A stretch of DNA of 63,967 bases, the filler included, from Octopus bimaculoides (taxonomy: Eukaryota), in NCBI RefSeq assembly GCF_001194135.2. It is 7 parts of 7 records of this genome, joined end to end, with 100 filler letters (N's around TTAATTAATTAA, not from the genome) between each part and the next. Parts side by side here need not be neighbours in the genome. Positions count along the whole stretch, not along the records: positions 1 to 16,771 come from NC_069001.1; 6 more parts are not named here. One strand, given 5' to 3'. Below are positions 1-13,856 of the stretch, one piece after another (within the stretch, counting starts at the first letter, position 1; each line of letters opens with the position of its first letter). The notes beneath the pieces are model-generated. The model was not told the origin of the DNA. It saw only the letters and a list, made by a program, of their open reading frames with translations, and did not search any database. The translations under genes and the position numbers were made by a program.

Positions 1-36
1 ATCTTCGTTGAGCCCTGTGTGGCTAATAAAAGAAAT

Positions 37-312
<276 letters not shown>

Positions 313-1241
313 ATATATTTATGCACAGTCATACATTCTTCTATATTGATACAGCAGCCAGCTATAGACATAACAGATGTTTATAAGTCAACGTTTGTGT
401 TTTTGCTTAAAATTTCCGGCAAACAAATGGTTTAGCAAATCAAATTATGGGACATGAAAAGATTACGTATTCAGATTATATACACATTAATTTATGTAGT
501 TGATTTATATATTTGCAATTTTAGAGTCAGAAGAAATAAAAAAAAAAGATAGCATAAGAGTTAAGTTTGTCCAGTACTTCATATATTCATACATATTTCA
601 TTCGTTATGTTTATTCAGGAATATATTTGACAAAAAAATTTTAAATAAAATATCAAAATACCAGAAGGAAAAGACCAGAAATATGGCTATATAAAGCAAG
701 AGAAAATCTGTACAAGAATTCAGTAAAAAAAAAAAAAGAGAGAAAGATATGAAACTAAATCAAGTATAAATATGAAATTCTTAGCTTACTATCTCATGTT
801 TCAAGTGCAAAAAAAAAAAGAAAAGATAATGTTAAAAGAAGCCCAAAACAAACAGAGAAACAAATAAATATAAAAGAAATATGATCGATAATTTTGAAAG
901 AGAATGAAATATGGCGGATAAAAGACGAAAAGATTTCGCAGTAGATGTTCAAACAGAAATGCAGACGGAGGCATGCTGTAGAGAATTTTGGAGACGCTGT
1001 TAAAGGTGCAACAGCTATTTAAATGCTGCGAGTTGAATATAGAGAAAGTAAAAGAAAGGTGCGTAGTGTGAGAATTGTAAAGATTTGTGTTAAGAAAAGC
1101 AATTCTTCGACACATAACGTCAATTGAATGATTCATGGCGGTTTGTATTATTGTTCGTGTAGTCACTGACATTCTACTCCAGAGCGAGTTTCTGTGTAAC
1201 CTTGCCTGTTAACATTGTAGCCTTGCACCTGTATAGATTGG

Positions 1242-1278
<37 letters not shown>

Positions 1279-1426
1279 ACATATATATATATATACGTAT
1301 GTATTTACTTTTTCAAATTGACAAAGCCACTGATAAAAAAAAACGAGAGATATTCAGTAACAGTTCTTTAAAGTAAATGCTATTTGCCAACATAATGTAG
1401 TTGTCTCGAAATGGACGATGTTATTA

Positions 1427-1730
1427 TTGTTTTAGCCCTCAAAACACCATTTCTACCTAGCTATACGACATACTATCTGTATCTTTATATTTTCGAACAG
1501 CAACGCCATCTGGCCTTGGCAACTAGTCTGTGTTGATACAGAGCAATAAATCAGGAACTAGTCCACAAATGTTGTTTTGCGTTAGATGGGATTGCCTGCT
1601 GAGCTCTCCGTTTGAAAACATAAGGACACAGTGTGTCGTATAGCTAGCTAGAAATTATGTTTCTTGGCCTAAAACAACAGTAACATCGTCCCTCTCAGGA
1701 CAGCCACATTATGTTGACAAATAGCCTCTA
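1427..1730 (+). mobile_element. Old Penelope-like/retrozyme-like element with degenerate HHR and an inverted segment
   Basis: 1427-1474 is an inverted copy of 1630-1677. 1529-1567 reads tgtg-TTGATAC-agagcaataaatca-GGAA-CTAG-TC-caca. It shares 'aaacataaggacaca' and the downstream block with the 340-nt HHR family. Confidence 0.55.
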
Positions 1731-2887
1731 CTTTAAACAACTGTTACTGAATGTCTTTCTTGAATGTTCAAGGACTACATAGATGGCGGTGTAAATAGAG
1801 GGATCGTGAGCTAAACAATTGAGTTTATTTCTAGCTGTACAAGAGGAGACAAGTTTGGGGTAAGCTAAGTTTGAAGGAAACAACCATTTTTCATAATTCC
1901 TAGGGGTAAACAAATAAGAAATAACAGTTGGTAGCTAATGACAAAACATTATGTTACACATTGTTATTTAATGTATCTGCATTTTATAAGATGGTAATTT
2001 ATGAGAAAAGAAGCAGAATTTTTTTGTGAAGTACAAAATATATTTAATACATCCTTAATTTCATAAGATGTTAAGGTGAACAACAGAAAACAGAATTTTT
2101 TATGAAACAGTAGAGTAGAATATTTAATATATCGATCATTTTTATTAGATACTAAGATGAAATTTGAAAGAGATTTCTAAAAGGTGAGACAATCACGTAG
2201 ATATTTTTTCTTCAGGTCGAAAAATAGTGTCTGGTTTAATGATAAGTGGCGGTTTATCAAATATTTCTTGTCTTGTGTAGAAGCGACCTCGTATCAGAAA
2301 AATATATCACCTCGAAGATGAATATGTCAGTATTGAAGAAACCATCGTATTTGAAATGTCTCGAGAGAAATTTAAGCTACTTAAAAGAGATCTATTGGAT
2401 TACCATTGACGACGTGTTATGAGAGAAGGCTTTTTGTTTATACGTCCAAAATGACGCTTGCGAGAAGGCATTTAACCCCTGTAGCTGAGACCCACTTCTG
2501 TATAAGGAGGTCTGTGACTGAGAGCCCCTCCTGTATATGTAGGCCTGTATCCCCGGCTAATGTTTGACATACATCTTTTTTCCGTCTCGTTACTTCCTTT
2601 CGTTTTCCTTTATTTTTACAATTATATAATTTAAATTATAAACGAAGCAACCTTTATGTGAGTTCTATTTGTAATGTTTCCTTCATCGGAACTACATTTG
2701 GAGCTCATCTTCGCCTGCCATCATTTTGGGGTCGATAAAGAAAGGACTACTCTACTACTGGGCACGGCTTAACCGACTTAACTCTTTACCTCAAAATTAT
2801 TGTACTTGGTCAAAATTAGAAAAAAAATGTGAGGATTATTGATATTGTTAATATTATAAGTATTGTTGTTTTCAGTGTTATTGCGGT

Positions 2888-3785
2888 TATTATTATTATT
2901 ATTGTTATTATTATGATTATTATTCAGTAGTTTTATTTTTATAACACGCTTTCACTTCACTACCGAGCGCAGCTCTGTGTGCCTTGGGCATGTGCTGTGG
3001 TTTGCTGTGATGCTCTTATGGTTACTGTATTGAAAGTGTTTTGCGTAGGATGTGTGCAATGCCCAGTAATGCAATTTTCTGTATGTTATATATATTTGTA
3101 AGTCCTGGTGTTTTTGTTATGTATTTGTCTGAATATTTTTTTTATTATACCTAAGGCACTTTCTATGATAAGAATTCTTTCTGTTTTTAGATTCTACATT
3201 CGAGTTACCTCTATTTCCAGGTCTTTGTATTTTGAAAGTTTCTCCAAGCCTGACCTTCTAATAATAGCGGTTCTGTGGCATTTTTTACATACCATACTAT
3301 ATTCATTTCTTCTGCTCTAATGCAGAGTTCGCATCCAATAGGTCCTCTTCCCCCTCTTTTTCTGTGTACGTACAGTCTGTTCGGGTCACGTTTTGGGTGG
3401 AGTGTCCCGTATGTAGTTGGCAACTTCCTTGTCTTTCTAAGCTGTTTAGCTCGTCTACTGTCCATGAGATTACTCCTGCTCCATATCTAAGGAGTGAAAC
3501 CGTCCAGGTGTTGATAGATTCAATCTTATTCCGTCCGTGTAATTTCGACTTAAGGGTCAGTCTCAATCTGCGCAAGTACTCCACCTTAAATTTTTCTGTT
3601 ATTTCTTTCTCCATCAATTTATCCATTTCCAAAATCCCCAAGTACCTATAGCCCGTCTCTTCTATCTGCTTCATAACCTCCCCCGACGGTATCGTTAGCC
3701 AGTCCATACATTTGATTATGCCTCTCTTCAGTCTAACACACCACACTTTCTCAGTCTGAATTCCCTTCTGATATCAGCACTGAAA
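2888..3785 (-). mobile_element. R4/Dong-type non-LTR retrotransposon remnant (RT C-terminus fused to RLE endonuclease C-terminus, 3' UTR and TAA tail)
   Basis: Minus-strand peptides GYRYLGILE...EYLRRLRLTLKSKLHGRNKIESINTW, TYGTLHPKRDPNRLYVHRKRGGRG and KLSKYKDLEIEVTRM...IQKIALLGIAHILRKTLSIQ*; frameshifts and stops; TAA-repeat flanks. Confidence 0.85.
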
Positions 3786-3877
3786 GTATTTATTATTATT
3801 ATTACTATTATTATTATTATAAACATTTATGTTGTCTTCCATGTTTCAAGCCCTTGTGGCCAATAAAAGAAAACACC

Positions 3878-3965
3878 CTCCTCCTCCTCCTCCTCCTCCT
3901 CATCATCATCATCATCATCATCATTATTATCATCATCATCATCATCATCATCATTATTATTATTA
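3878..3965. repeat. (CCT)n-(CAT)n trinucleotide microsatellite
   Basis: Direct reading. Confidence 0.95.
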
Positions 3966-4359
3966 GCATTATCGTTATTATTTCTTGTGTTGGTAGACGT
4001 CTTTATTTGTGCTGCGGGCTACGGATTATATATTGTCAAATTTCTTAACAATTGGATTAATATATTTGTGTGTGTGTGGAATTTTTACTCAAGTTTGTGA
4101 TGAGTTTCATTCGACCATTTTTTTTTTTTTTTTTTACTTATTAAAAAAAAACAACTCATTTTGGAAATATAGTCTTTTCTAGACGACATTCAATACAAAT
4201 TATCGATTAGACACATCTCCTCGTGAAACAAACGAGAGAAAACATAACATAAGAAGGAAAAAATATACACCGTCGCTACAGATAAACACGGAAAAACATT
4301 AAAAGTATGGAAATGTTAACGTAAATGTTTTGAATTTTTATCCTATCTCTTATATACTT

Positions 4360-4810
4360 GTTGCAGTCATTTGGTTCCGGTCATGCTTCAGCACCATCTT
4401 GAAGGGTTTTCAAGGTTCTTAGTCGAACAAACAACCTCACTATTTATTTTATGTCTGGTTGTTATACAATGGGTTACATTTACGGAACCACTACCTTACG
4501 GGGACATAAAGAATATAACATATTCGTAAGTCCTGTTTGGGGATAAACACGAAAAGAAAGATATACACATATATATATACGCATACATACACATACACAC
4601 ACACTCCAACGCGCGCGCACGCATACACACAGGAACACACATGGACATACGACAAGATTGTTTTAGTTTTCGTCTACACAATACTCATAACTCTTCGGAT
4701 GGCTGGGGCCTGGGTAGAAGACGCCTGATCAAGGTGCAGCGTGTAGCAACGTAGTGGGACTCAACACAGAACCATGTGGTTGAGAAGCAAGGCTTTTACC
4801 ACGCACATAC
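4360..4810 (-). mobile_element. Fragmented SINE family A (tail ~4360-4500, head ~4735-4810)
   Basis: Similarity to other family A copies in the window (e.g. 59202-59540). Confidence 0.6.
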
Positions 4811-4864
4811 ATACATGCGAATATATAAATAAATGCATATTTTCATTAAATACCTGAAAATTCC

Positions 4865-5051
4865 CTTGTTTTACGTAAAAGAAAATACAGGAGGATCAGT
4901 TAATTATGATTTTTTTATTCGACATTTTCCCTCTGTTTCACACATTTATTGAAGTTGTCATTCAATTTTTATCTAAGCCCTTTAAAAGAACTCGGAAGTT
5001 TGGATATCCAACGAGGCCATTAAGGCCAGGAACTTTTCAGGACCCCTCGTA
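4865..5051. mobile_element. Mariner-derived MITE fragment with right TIR
   Basis: Ends ccaggaacttttcaggacccctcgTA; internal sequence matches the MITE at 28882-29103. Confidence 0.8.
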
Positions 5052-5073
5052 TGTGTATGTGTACGTGTGTGTG

Positions 5074-5400
5074 TACGAGGGAGTGCTGAAAAGTTCCTGG
5101 TTTTGAGCGAAAGAAAATACTGGACGATCAGTTAATCATAATTTTATTCAACATATTTCCCTCGCAGGTTCACAGACTTATTGCAACAGGTGTCCTGTTT
5201 TTGTGTGCCCTGTAAGACGGAGCAGAACTTTAGAACTCCAAGAAGGCCTTTCGCGATAACTTTATCATCAAGAACTTTCCAACACCTGCTTGTATACCAG
5301 GTCTCTATTGAGTCGGACGGAATTTTCACCATGTTAGTAAATGCTTGGTTAATAAATTTCTCTATCATTGACAACAAATGATTAGCATTTTTCTCTATCA
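5074..5400 (-). mobile_element. Mariner transposon 3'-end remnant
   Basis: TIR TAcgagggagtgctgaaaagttcctgg; minus ORF ends CNKSVNLRGKYVE*, resembling the mariner RWxKC..G.YVE terminus. Confidence 0.75.
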
Positions 5401-6913
5401 GAAACATGAGGCCAGCCGCGAGTACGTGCAGCTGAAAATGATCCTAAAATCGAAAAAGCATCTGGCTTTCTCGATGACCGTAACTGGAACAAATTTTCGC
5501 CTCTCTCCCATATCTATTATGTTCTTAAAACTGTCATTTCATAAGAAGAGTTATATTAAGAGAAATACAAAAGTAATTAGCGTAACAGTGGTGTGTATAC
5601 ATTAAGTAAGATACATAAATGGCCCTTTTGATTAATTACTGCTTCAGTTGTGTTTACCGAGTTCTTGATCAACTAGACTGCTATTCGCATCATCAGTGAA
5701 AATTTAATTCATTTTCTGTTCGTATATCAAAGCCTATCAATTCGCATTCGCGTATGTGGCTAGCTTCCAATAAGCCCCAAAAGCCGAAATGCAGCAGATG
5801 CACTTTTTTTTTCCTAGTCACCCATGGACGAATTTTCGTCCCTCTCTGATATTCTATTTTAACAAAATGCTTTCATATGAGATGCTATAAAATGATACAT
5901 GTGGCAGTAGCATGCCTATGGGCAGTTTGTATATATTAAGTATGATAATTAAATGGTTGTTTTATTATTATTGTGCTTCATATAAAAAGATCAACAATAA
6001 AAACAAAAACAAGACCACAAACGTGCTCCTACATGGCCGAAGAAAATTATGGGGAAAAAAAAACTTAACCAAATCTTATCGTTTTTAAACCAACATTTAA
6101 AGTAAGAAAGATCTAGATATGAAATATTTCACCAGATGGTTTCACAGCGAATTTTCACAAAGCTAGCACCATCTTGCAACATTTTGTCATAGTGTCGCAC
6201 GCGAGGAAAAGACTGACTGCGCCATGCCAATATCATGGTACGTTAACAGATAAAGATATTCCATGTAGTAGGAGTTAAATAAAGTGACAAATGAGATATG
6301 TGGTGAGAGATAGAGCGTCTCTCTCTCTCTCTCTCTATCCGTTACTAATATGGAAATACTTACATTAGCATCTTTATAACGAGAATAGCATACACTACAG
6401 CAAATTTTGGCGCTACTACTACTACGACTACTACAACTACTTTGAACCCGATCTATTAATCATAGCAAGTATTATTCTTCATACATATAATAATAATAAT
6501 AATAATAATAATATACGTCGTATAGAAATACTTTTGCGTTTTAAGTTGGCAAATATCATCCAAAAGTCTTCACCATAATTCATCATCAATTCATACTGTA
6601 ATATCATTGAAGAATTCTTGCTTCTATTACTATGGCTATTATTATGGATACACGTTTCCTTTTATGTTCTACGATTCTTTGCGTAGAGTATTTCGATTTA
6701 GCATATTCGTTTTATTATTAACAAATGGACAGTCGTATAGAAAATGTTTGTGGAACAGTGAAAGAGCTTAGCCGATGACTGCATGTCAGAGATAATAATG
6801 GATGACGAACAGACGACATTGCCAGTTGACTCTTTAATTCTTACCACGTCTTCGTGTATTTGAATATACAAAAGCTTCGACCAAGTGAGGAGAGGACAAA
6901 GATCTCTCTCTCA

Positions 6914-7017
<104 letters not shown>

Positions 7018-7803
7018 TTATATATCTATTTTCTATGAATATGTATCTATAAATGTATGTATGTATTTATGTATGTATGTCTCTTTGTGGAGAAAGAGAG
7101 TAGATTTATACAGCTATAAATGCAGATGCATTATAGGGAAAACTAGACGATAAGACAATGAAATCTGTTTCAAGCATTATATATGCAAGCATACATACAT
7201 ACATACATACATACNNNNNNNNNNNNNNNNNNNNNNNNNNNNNNNNNNNNNNNNNNNNNNNNNNNNNNNNNNNNNNNNNNNNNNNNNNNNNNNNNNNNNN
7301 NNNNNNNNNNNNNNNNNNNNNNNNNNNNNNNNNNNNNNNNNNNNNNNNNNNNNNNNNNNNNNNNNNNNNNNNNNNNNNNNNNNNNNNNNNNNNNNNNNNN
7401 NNNNNNNNNNNNNNNNNNNNNNNNNNNNNNNNNNNNNNNNNNNNNNNNNNNNNNNNNNNNNNNNNNNNNNNNNNNNNNNNNNNNNNNNNNNNNNNNNNNN
7501 NNNNNNNNNNNNNNNNNNNNNNNNNNNNNNNNNNNNNNNNNNNNNNNNNNNNNNNNNNNNNNNNNNNNNNNNNNNNNNNNNNNNNNNNNNNNNNNNNNNN
7601 NNNNNNNNNNNNNNNNNNNNNNNNNNNNNNNNNNNNNNNNNNNNNNNNNNNNNNNNNNNNNNNNNNNNNNNNNNNNNNNNNNNNNNNNNNNNNNNNNNNN
7701 NNNNNNNNNNNNNNNNNNNNNNNNNNNNNNNNNNNNNNNNNNNNNNNNNNNNNNNNNNNNNNNNNNNNNNNNNNNNNNNNNNNNNNNNNNNNNNNNNNNN
7801 NNN

Positions 7804-7836
<33 letters not shown>

Positions 7837-8124
7837 TATGTGTGTGTGCGCGCGTGTGCAAATATATATGTAAAATGTATGTACATATATATATATATAC
7901 ATATGTACAAACATACATACATTCATACATGCACACATACATACATACATTCATACATACAGATAGACAGACAGACATATACTTTGACATGTTCTTAGAC
8001 GTGTCACCAATTTTATATCGTGTTGTGATTCGAAGAATGTGATGATTGGCGGTGGAGTTGTTAATGCGGTTTTGTCTATGGTTAATTTGAGAGAATTGAT
8101 GTATTACATTAATGTTGCTAGATA

Positions 8125-9185
8125 GAAGCAAGTACAAGAGAGAGAGAGAGAGAGAAAATGTAGATAAGTGGGTGAGCGGTGTAGATGGAGGAATGTATAG
8201 TATTGGAAAACAGATAGACAAGAGATAGATAGATAGAGAGAGAGACGGAAAGATAGAGATGGAGAAAGAATGAGAGATCGAGTGAGAGAAGGATAGCGAA
8301 AGTAAGAGACAGTGACGCGAAGAATGAAGAATAATTCGTAGAGAAAGTGATAGACAGATGTACTGGAATGAGGAATTGTAAGAAGAGCAGTGAGAGACAG
8401 AGGGGTAAAGGGAGAGAGAGAGAGAGAGAGACAGACAGATACAGAGAGAGGCGGAGAGAGGCGGAGAGAGAGAGAGATGTAGAAAAAGTGAGGTATAAAA
8501 AAAATTAGGCTTGGGAGCAGTAAGCGCGAGACAGAAAGAGAAAGACAGCGAGTGACATGATTAAGGAGGGAGGAAAGAAGACGTCGATGCAGAGTTATAG
8601 TTAATGGAGAAGGAATGAGATATAAAGTGAGAGAAAATGTAATCAGAGATAGAGAGGAAATTTGAAAGAAATGGAAGAGATGAAACGGAGACAGGAAGAG
8701 AAAATCCAAGTGAGAGAGAGAGAGAGAAAGAGAGATAGGGGGAGCGAGAGAGAGACAGAGAGAAAGAGAGAGAATGCAAAAGAGAGTGGGAAAGACGTGA
8801 GTAGAGGGTGCGAGAACAGAAGTGGTTGCGGGACAGTGGGATATTGCGCATGAGAAAGAGAGAGAGAGAGTGTGTGTGAGAGAGAGAGATGGATAGAGAG
8901 AGAGAGAGAGACAGACAGACAGTGAGAGAGAGAGAGGGAGGGTGATGAAATAAGTAACACACAGATTGAGATAAACAACAGCGCATGAAATGGAAAAAAT
9001 CGAAAAATGATGAGAGTAAGAGAGAGAGATGTTGTGACAGAGGGAGAAAGAGAGAGAGAGAGAAGGAGGGAGACAAAAGGAAGATAGAGATAGATAGATA
9101 GATATATCGATAGATAGAGAGAGAGAAATAAAATAGAAAGAAAGCAACAGAGAGAGAAGGAGAGAGAGAAAAAATAGTGTGTGGA
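8125..9185. repeat. Degenerate (GA)n purine-rich tract
   Basis: Direct reading; source of the Ser/Leu ORFs on the minus strand. Confidence 0.9.
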
Positions 9186-9379
9186 AATATGTTACTATTT
9201 AGGGAGAGCAGAAACGAGTAAATGGTGTGAATAAAGATGGTGGGAAGCAGTGAAAGGGGCGAGTCGGAGGGGCGAGGTACAACTTTATTTGCTCGTTTTT
9301 TTTTCTCCTCCTGTATGGTGCAGCCGTGACTGATGCAGGTGAAAATGATGGAGATGAACATAGAAATAATGGCGATATG

Positions 9380-9985
9380 TGAAGACGACGACGACGAAGT
9401 AAAACGATGGCGACTACGATGGCGGTCATGATGATATTGATGATGATGATGATGATGATGATGGTGTTGATAATGATAATGATGATGACAATGATAATGA
9501 AGGTAGTGGTAGTGGTGGTGATGGCGAAGTTAGAAGGGGTGGATGTGGCATTGGCAAGTAATGAAAAGAAAAACATGATGATGATAACGATGATGATGAT
9601 GATAACGATGATAACGATGATGGTACTGGTGATGATGATGGAAGAGATGGTAGTAGTTTTGCTACCGCTGATGATAATGGCGACGAGGATGATGTTGTTG
9701 ATGATGATGATGATGATGATGAAGAGGAGTGCAGTAGTGCTGGCGATGGTGTTGGTGGCGGCGGTGAAGATGGTACTGATGTTGGTGGTGGCGGCAGTGG
9801 CGTGTGTTGGTGGTGGTTGTGATTACGAGGACGACAATGATAATGAGGAGGACGAGGTGGAGGGGTCGGGAGAGGAGAGACATGATAATGATGGTAGCCA
9901 TACACTCGTGGGTGGCAGAAGAAAAGATGAAGAAGTGATGATGACATTAACGACGACAGCGACAGCAATCACTTCGATGATATTT
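9380..9985. repeat. Degenerate (GAT)n/(GGT)n trinucleotide tract
   Basis: Direct reading; source of the Met-rich ORF 9407..10054. Confidence 0.88.
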
Positions 9986-10175
9986 AGGACCCACAGTGCC
10001 GCTCATTCAGTTTCCGTGGCGTATGAGTCACTAAGATTACAGCATACTTTTTGAACAGAACTCGTTTACGGCCGGGTAGACTAGAGTAACGTGAAATGGA
10101 AAATATTTGCTCAAAAATTCCGATCCAGGAATCGAAACCACGACCTTGCGATTGTGATTGCAACGCCTTAACCAC
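9985..10175 (-). mobile_element. tRNA-derived SINE (C/D-related head)
   Basis: Minus strand gtagtggttaag...ggtttcgattcc, A-box and B-box like. Confidence 0.6.
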
Positions 10176-10284
10176 TACGAAACCATGACGTTGTGATTAT
10201 GAAAACAAAAATCTAACAACTAGTACACCTGCCTTCATTCCCGTGTGATTGTGAAATTGAACTATGTTCACCTTTTTTATTCTC

Positions 10285-10456
10285 CCACTCGTTTCAGTCA
10301 TTTGACTGCGGCCATGCTGGAGCACTGCCCTCAAGGGTTTTAGTTGAACAAATCCACCCCAGGTCTATGTGTTTTTTAAGTCTAGTACTTATTCTAAAGG
10401 TATCTTTTGCCGAACTGCTAAGTTACCTTGTTGCACATTTCATGTGCTTACTCCGG

Positions 10457-10537
<81 letters not shown>

Positions 10538-10690
10538 ATATACCACAGGCTTCTTTCGTTTTCCGTCTGTCAAATCCATCCGAGACTATAGTAGAAAACA
10601 CGAAGTAAGGTGCCACGCAGTGGGACTGAACCCGGATTATGTGGTTAGGAAGCAAGCTTCCTACCACACAACCATGCCTGCGCCTATATG
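10285..10690 (-). mobile_element. SINE family A, near full length with internal (TA)/(TG) microsatellite
   Basis: Head ggttgtgtggtaggaagcttgcttcctaaccac...gggttcagtccc; tail ...ccagcatggccgcagtcaaatgactgaaac. Confidence 0.88.
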
Positions 10691-11656
10691 TGCGTTCTGT
10701 AGCAAAACATGATATAAAATACTAAAATTCCTGCCATGCCTTTCATTAATTATTCGAGCGATATTACAAGAGTGCAGCATTTATGCAAATCAGTTTCTTC
10801 GACTTAATAAAGCCTGTAGGGATATTCACTATAAATGCATTATTAGGTACTAGGTTGTCTGTGATTGATTCCATCTAAGGAAAGAGTGAAACCTTCCAGA
10901 AAATCCCTTTATTCATTTCCTGTGTACTTCCTCTTCGTTGTTCCTGTCAAGCATGTGATTTTATCAGCACAGGCGAAATATTCACGAATGTGTTGTGCAT
11001 TTGATGAAGGTTAACAAAATATAGATTTATTTCCTGAAAATTAGATTTCTTCTGCGCGTGCATACATGCACATTATAGTTACAAGAGAAAAAGTGAAGAG
11101 AGTACGAGAGGTAGGCAGATAAATGCACACGTATTTATATATATGCATATTTACTTATATATATATATATATATACACTCAAACACAATCTTATTCTATC
11201 TACCTTTAAATATTTGTAATCTATCTATCTATCTATCTGTTTCTCTATCTATCTACCTATTCTTGTCTGTCTGTCTCTCTCTCTCTATACACACACACAC
11301 ACACACANNNNNNNNNNNNNNNNNNNNNNNNNNNNNNNNNNNNNNNNNNNNNNNNNNNNNNNNNNNNNNNNNNNNNNNNNNNNNNNNNNNNNNNNNNNNN
11401 NNNNNNNNNNNNNNNNNNNNNNNNNNNNNNNNNNNNNNNNNNNNNNNNNNNNNNNNNNNNNNNNNNNNNNNNNNNNNNNNNNNNNNNNNNNNNNNNNNNN
11501 NNNNNNNNNNNNNNNNNNNNNNNNNNNNNNNNNNNNNNNNNNNNNNNNNNNNNNNNNNNNNNNNNNNNNNNNNNNNNNNNNNNNNNNNNNNNNNNNNNNN
11601 NNNNNNNNNNNNNNNNNNNNNNNNNNNNNNNNNNNNNNNNNNNNNNNNNNNNNNNN

Positions 11657-11706
<50 letters not shown>

Positions 11707-12224
11707 TATATTCACACATTAAGGTCGTATATCGAAATTCATTAATCGAGCGGAAAAAGCTTTAATCTCGTATCGTCACGACTACATTTATCCTTCGTCC
11801 TTCTCTCAAGAATCCAAATTTAAAGAAAACCGAAACTTTGTGTCCCTTCAATAGAATCTCAATGCGAAAATGACTTTAGAATTTTCAATTATTGCATTGG
11901 AAGTAGAGTCGACAGTTATATTGAGTCTAATGAATTTTAATTAAAATCTGCTAATTAATTCTCATTCATATATATTAATATCTTGGAACAACCGACTAAT
12001 ACATTTCCTGCAAATAATTATTCCTTAGTTATCCTGGTTTTAATATACATACCTACCGACATACATGTATAGATGTGTGTGTGTGTATCTGTGTGTGTGT
12101 GTGTGTTTGTGTGTGTGTGGACCTGCATGTATATGTGTACGTACAAATATAAATAGACATTTATACACATACACATATATGTATATATGTATCTCTATAA
12201 GTATGCCTGTGTATGTGCGTATGA

Positions 12225-12262
<38 letters not shown>

Positions 12263-13124
12263 ACAATATGCATATATAAGTACATAAGTCCGTGTATTCA
12301 TATATATATATATGTATATATGTATATGTGTATGCATATATACATGTATATATACACATATATTCATATATATATATATATATATATTCATACACAGATA
12401 CATGTGAGTGTGTGAGTGCTTGTGTATGTATATATATATACATATTTTGTATTCTTCGTTCTAGACACAAATATCTCATTTATAAATAATCACACACCGA
12501 CCACAGTTTTACCCACATATGTCGTCTCAAAAGAATGATCTTTAATTAGTCAGGCAATGCCTTCATCTATACAGATAGACAATCATAGAAGAATGTAGTG
12601 CGATAGACATGGCTCGATGCTTGCTTTGTATTACAGAAATATATCTACCTGGTTGTCTGTGTCCGTCTTTGTCACATGAGACGTTAATTAATGCGAGAAA
12701 GGACTGAGGCACGTTAGACATTAATTGCATCGTGTCACACTTTGAACGAAAGCCAAATTGAAGGAAGAACTATACCCGAAAGATAAATCTAGTTTGATCT
12801 CTGAACTTAGTAAGAAAATTCTCGTTAAATTTGTTTGTTTCGAAAGAACGTCAAGAATGTGCAAATCTATAATTTTCAGATATTTTCCTTAATGAGTATC
12901 GCTTTTCATTCAGCAATGCCGGCACACCTGTCTTGTCAGAGCCCCTTGCGTTAATAAATTGTGTGTTAAGAGCATAAGGTTTGTCGTAAAGAAGTTGTTC
13001 TCCGGTAACAAAATGCAACAGCGAATAGCATATTCATGTTCGAATACGGCGAAACATATCATGAATATATATTCTTTTATTTGCTTCAAACATTTGACTG
13101 CGGCCATGCTAGAGCACCACAGTT

Positions 13125-13335
13125 AAGAAAAATCGAAAAATAAAATCAGGAAAGAAACAGCATTTTCTTTCGCCAAGCTTACAAAATAGAGATAGCAGAT
13201 AAAGTACATATAGCGAAGTCCAAAAGGTAAGCGAAGAAAAAAGAAAAGAAAAAAAACCAGTACGGGAGAAGATTTGATAGACTTGAGAAAAATATTCGTA
13301 TACTATGTATGTCTAGTAAAAAGAATAACTGAATA
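13125..13335 (+). repeat. AT-rich ~210-bp repeat, inverted partner of 15200-15410
   Basis: Alignable by eye to the reverse complement of 15200-15410 (e.g. cgtatactatgtatgtctagtaaaaagaa). Confidence 0.85.
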
Positions 13336-13856
13336 AATGTTTAAATAAATTTATCGTGATTCCAGCCGTCACTGTTTGTCTGACGATATTTTATCGGCTG
13401 GCAGATATAACTACTAATCAGCAAATAGATTTTTCGCTGAAACTGTAAACAAGTCACAGGTGGTGCACCAGCATGACCTCAGCTCTGGGCTAAAACCATT
13501 AAAAAAAGTGCACATTCGTATCATCCAGTATTGCAAAGATGCCTCAGGCTGACACTACAATTTAAACATCGATTGCACCAGAGAACCTTTTTGTTAATGA
13601 ATCGAATATGCTACACATGCATCTTCATCGTAAAGGAGAATTTGTTCTGTGATAAAACACAATATTTAGTTATGTTCACATTTGAAGCTGGCAGAATGTA
13701 GGAAGAATAAATATTAAAGTCAACTTTTTGAAAGTTTTTGTTCAACGCGCATTACACGATTTATTACCCATTAAGTATTTTAATTTGTAAGGGACAAGGT
13801 ATGATTTCAAGTAAATACCCTGCTACCTTACTATTCCTGTTAAACGTCTAATCCAG

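Noticed and set aside
910-1002. Short ORF MADKRRKDFAVDVQTEMQTEACCREFWRRC with YY1-like ATGGCG context
   Set aside because: 30 codons with no splice or homology support
5660-5700. Minus-strand CTGATGA-tgc.gaata.gca-gtCTAG
   Set aside because: GAAA absent; too degenerate to call
8104-9361. 347-aa and 266-aa Ser/Leu ORFs
   Set aside because: Products of a (CT)n tract that lacks stop codons
9407-10054. 215-aa Met/Val-rich ORF and antisense Ser/Pro/His ORFs
   Set aside because: Translation of degenerate GAT/GGT microsatellites running into a SINE
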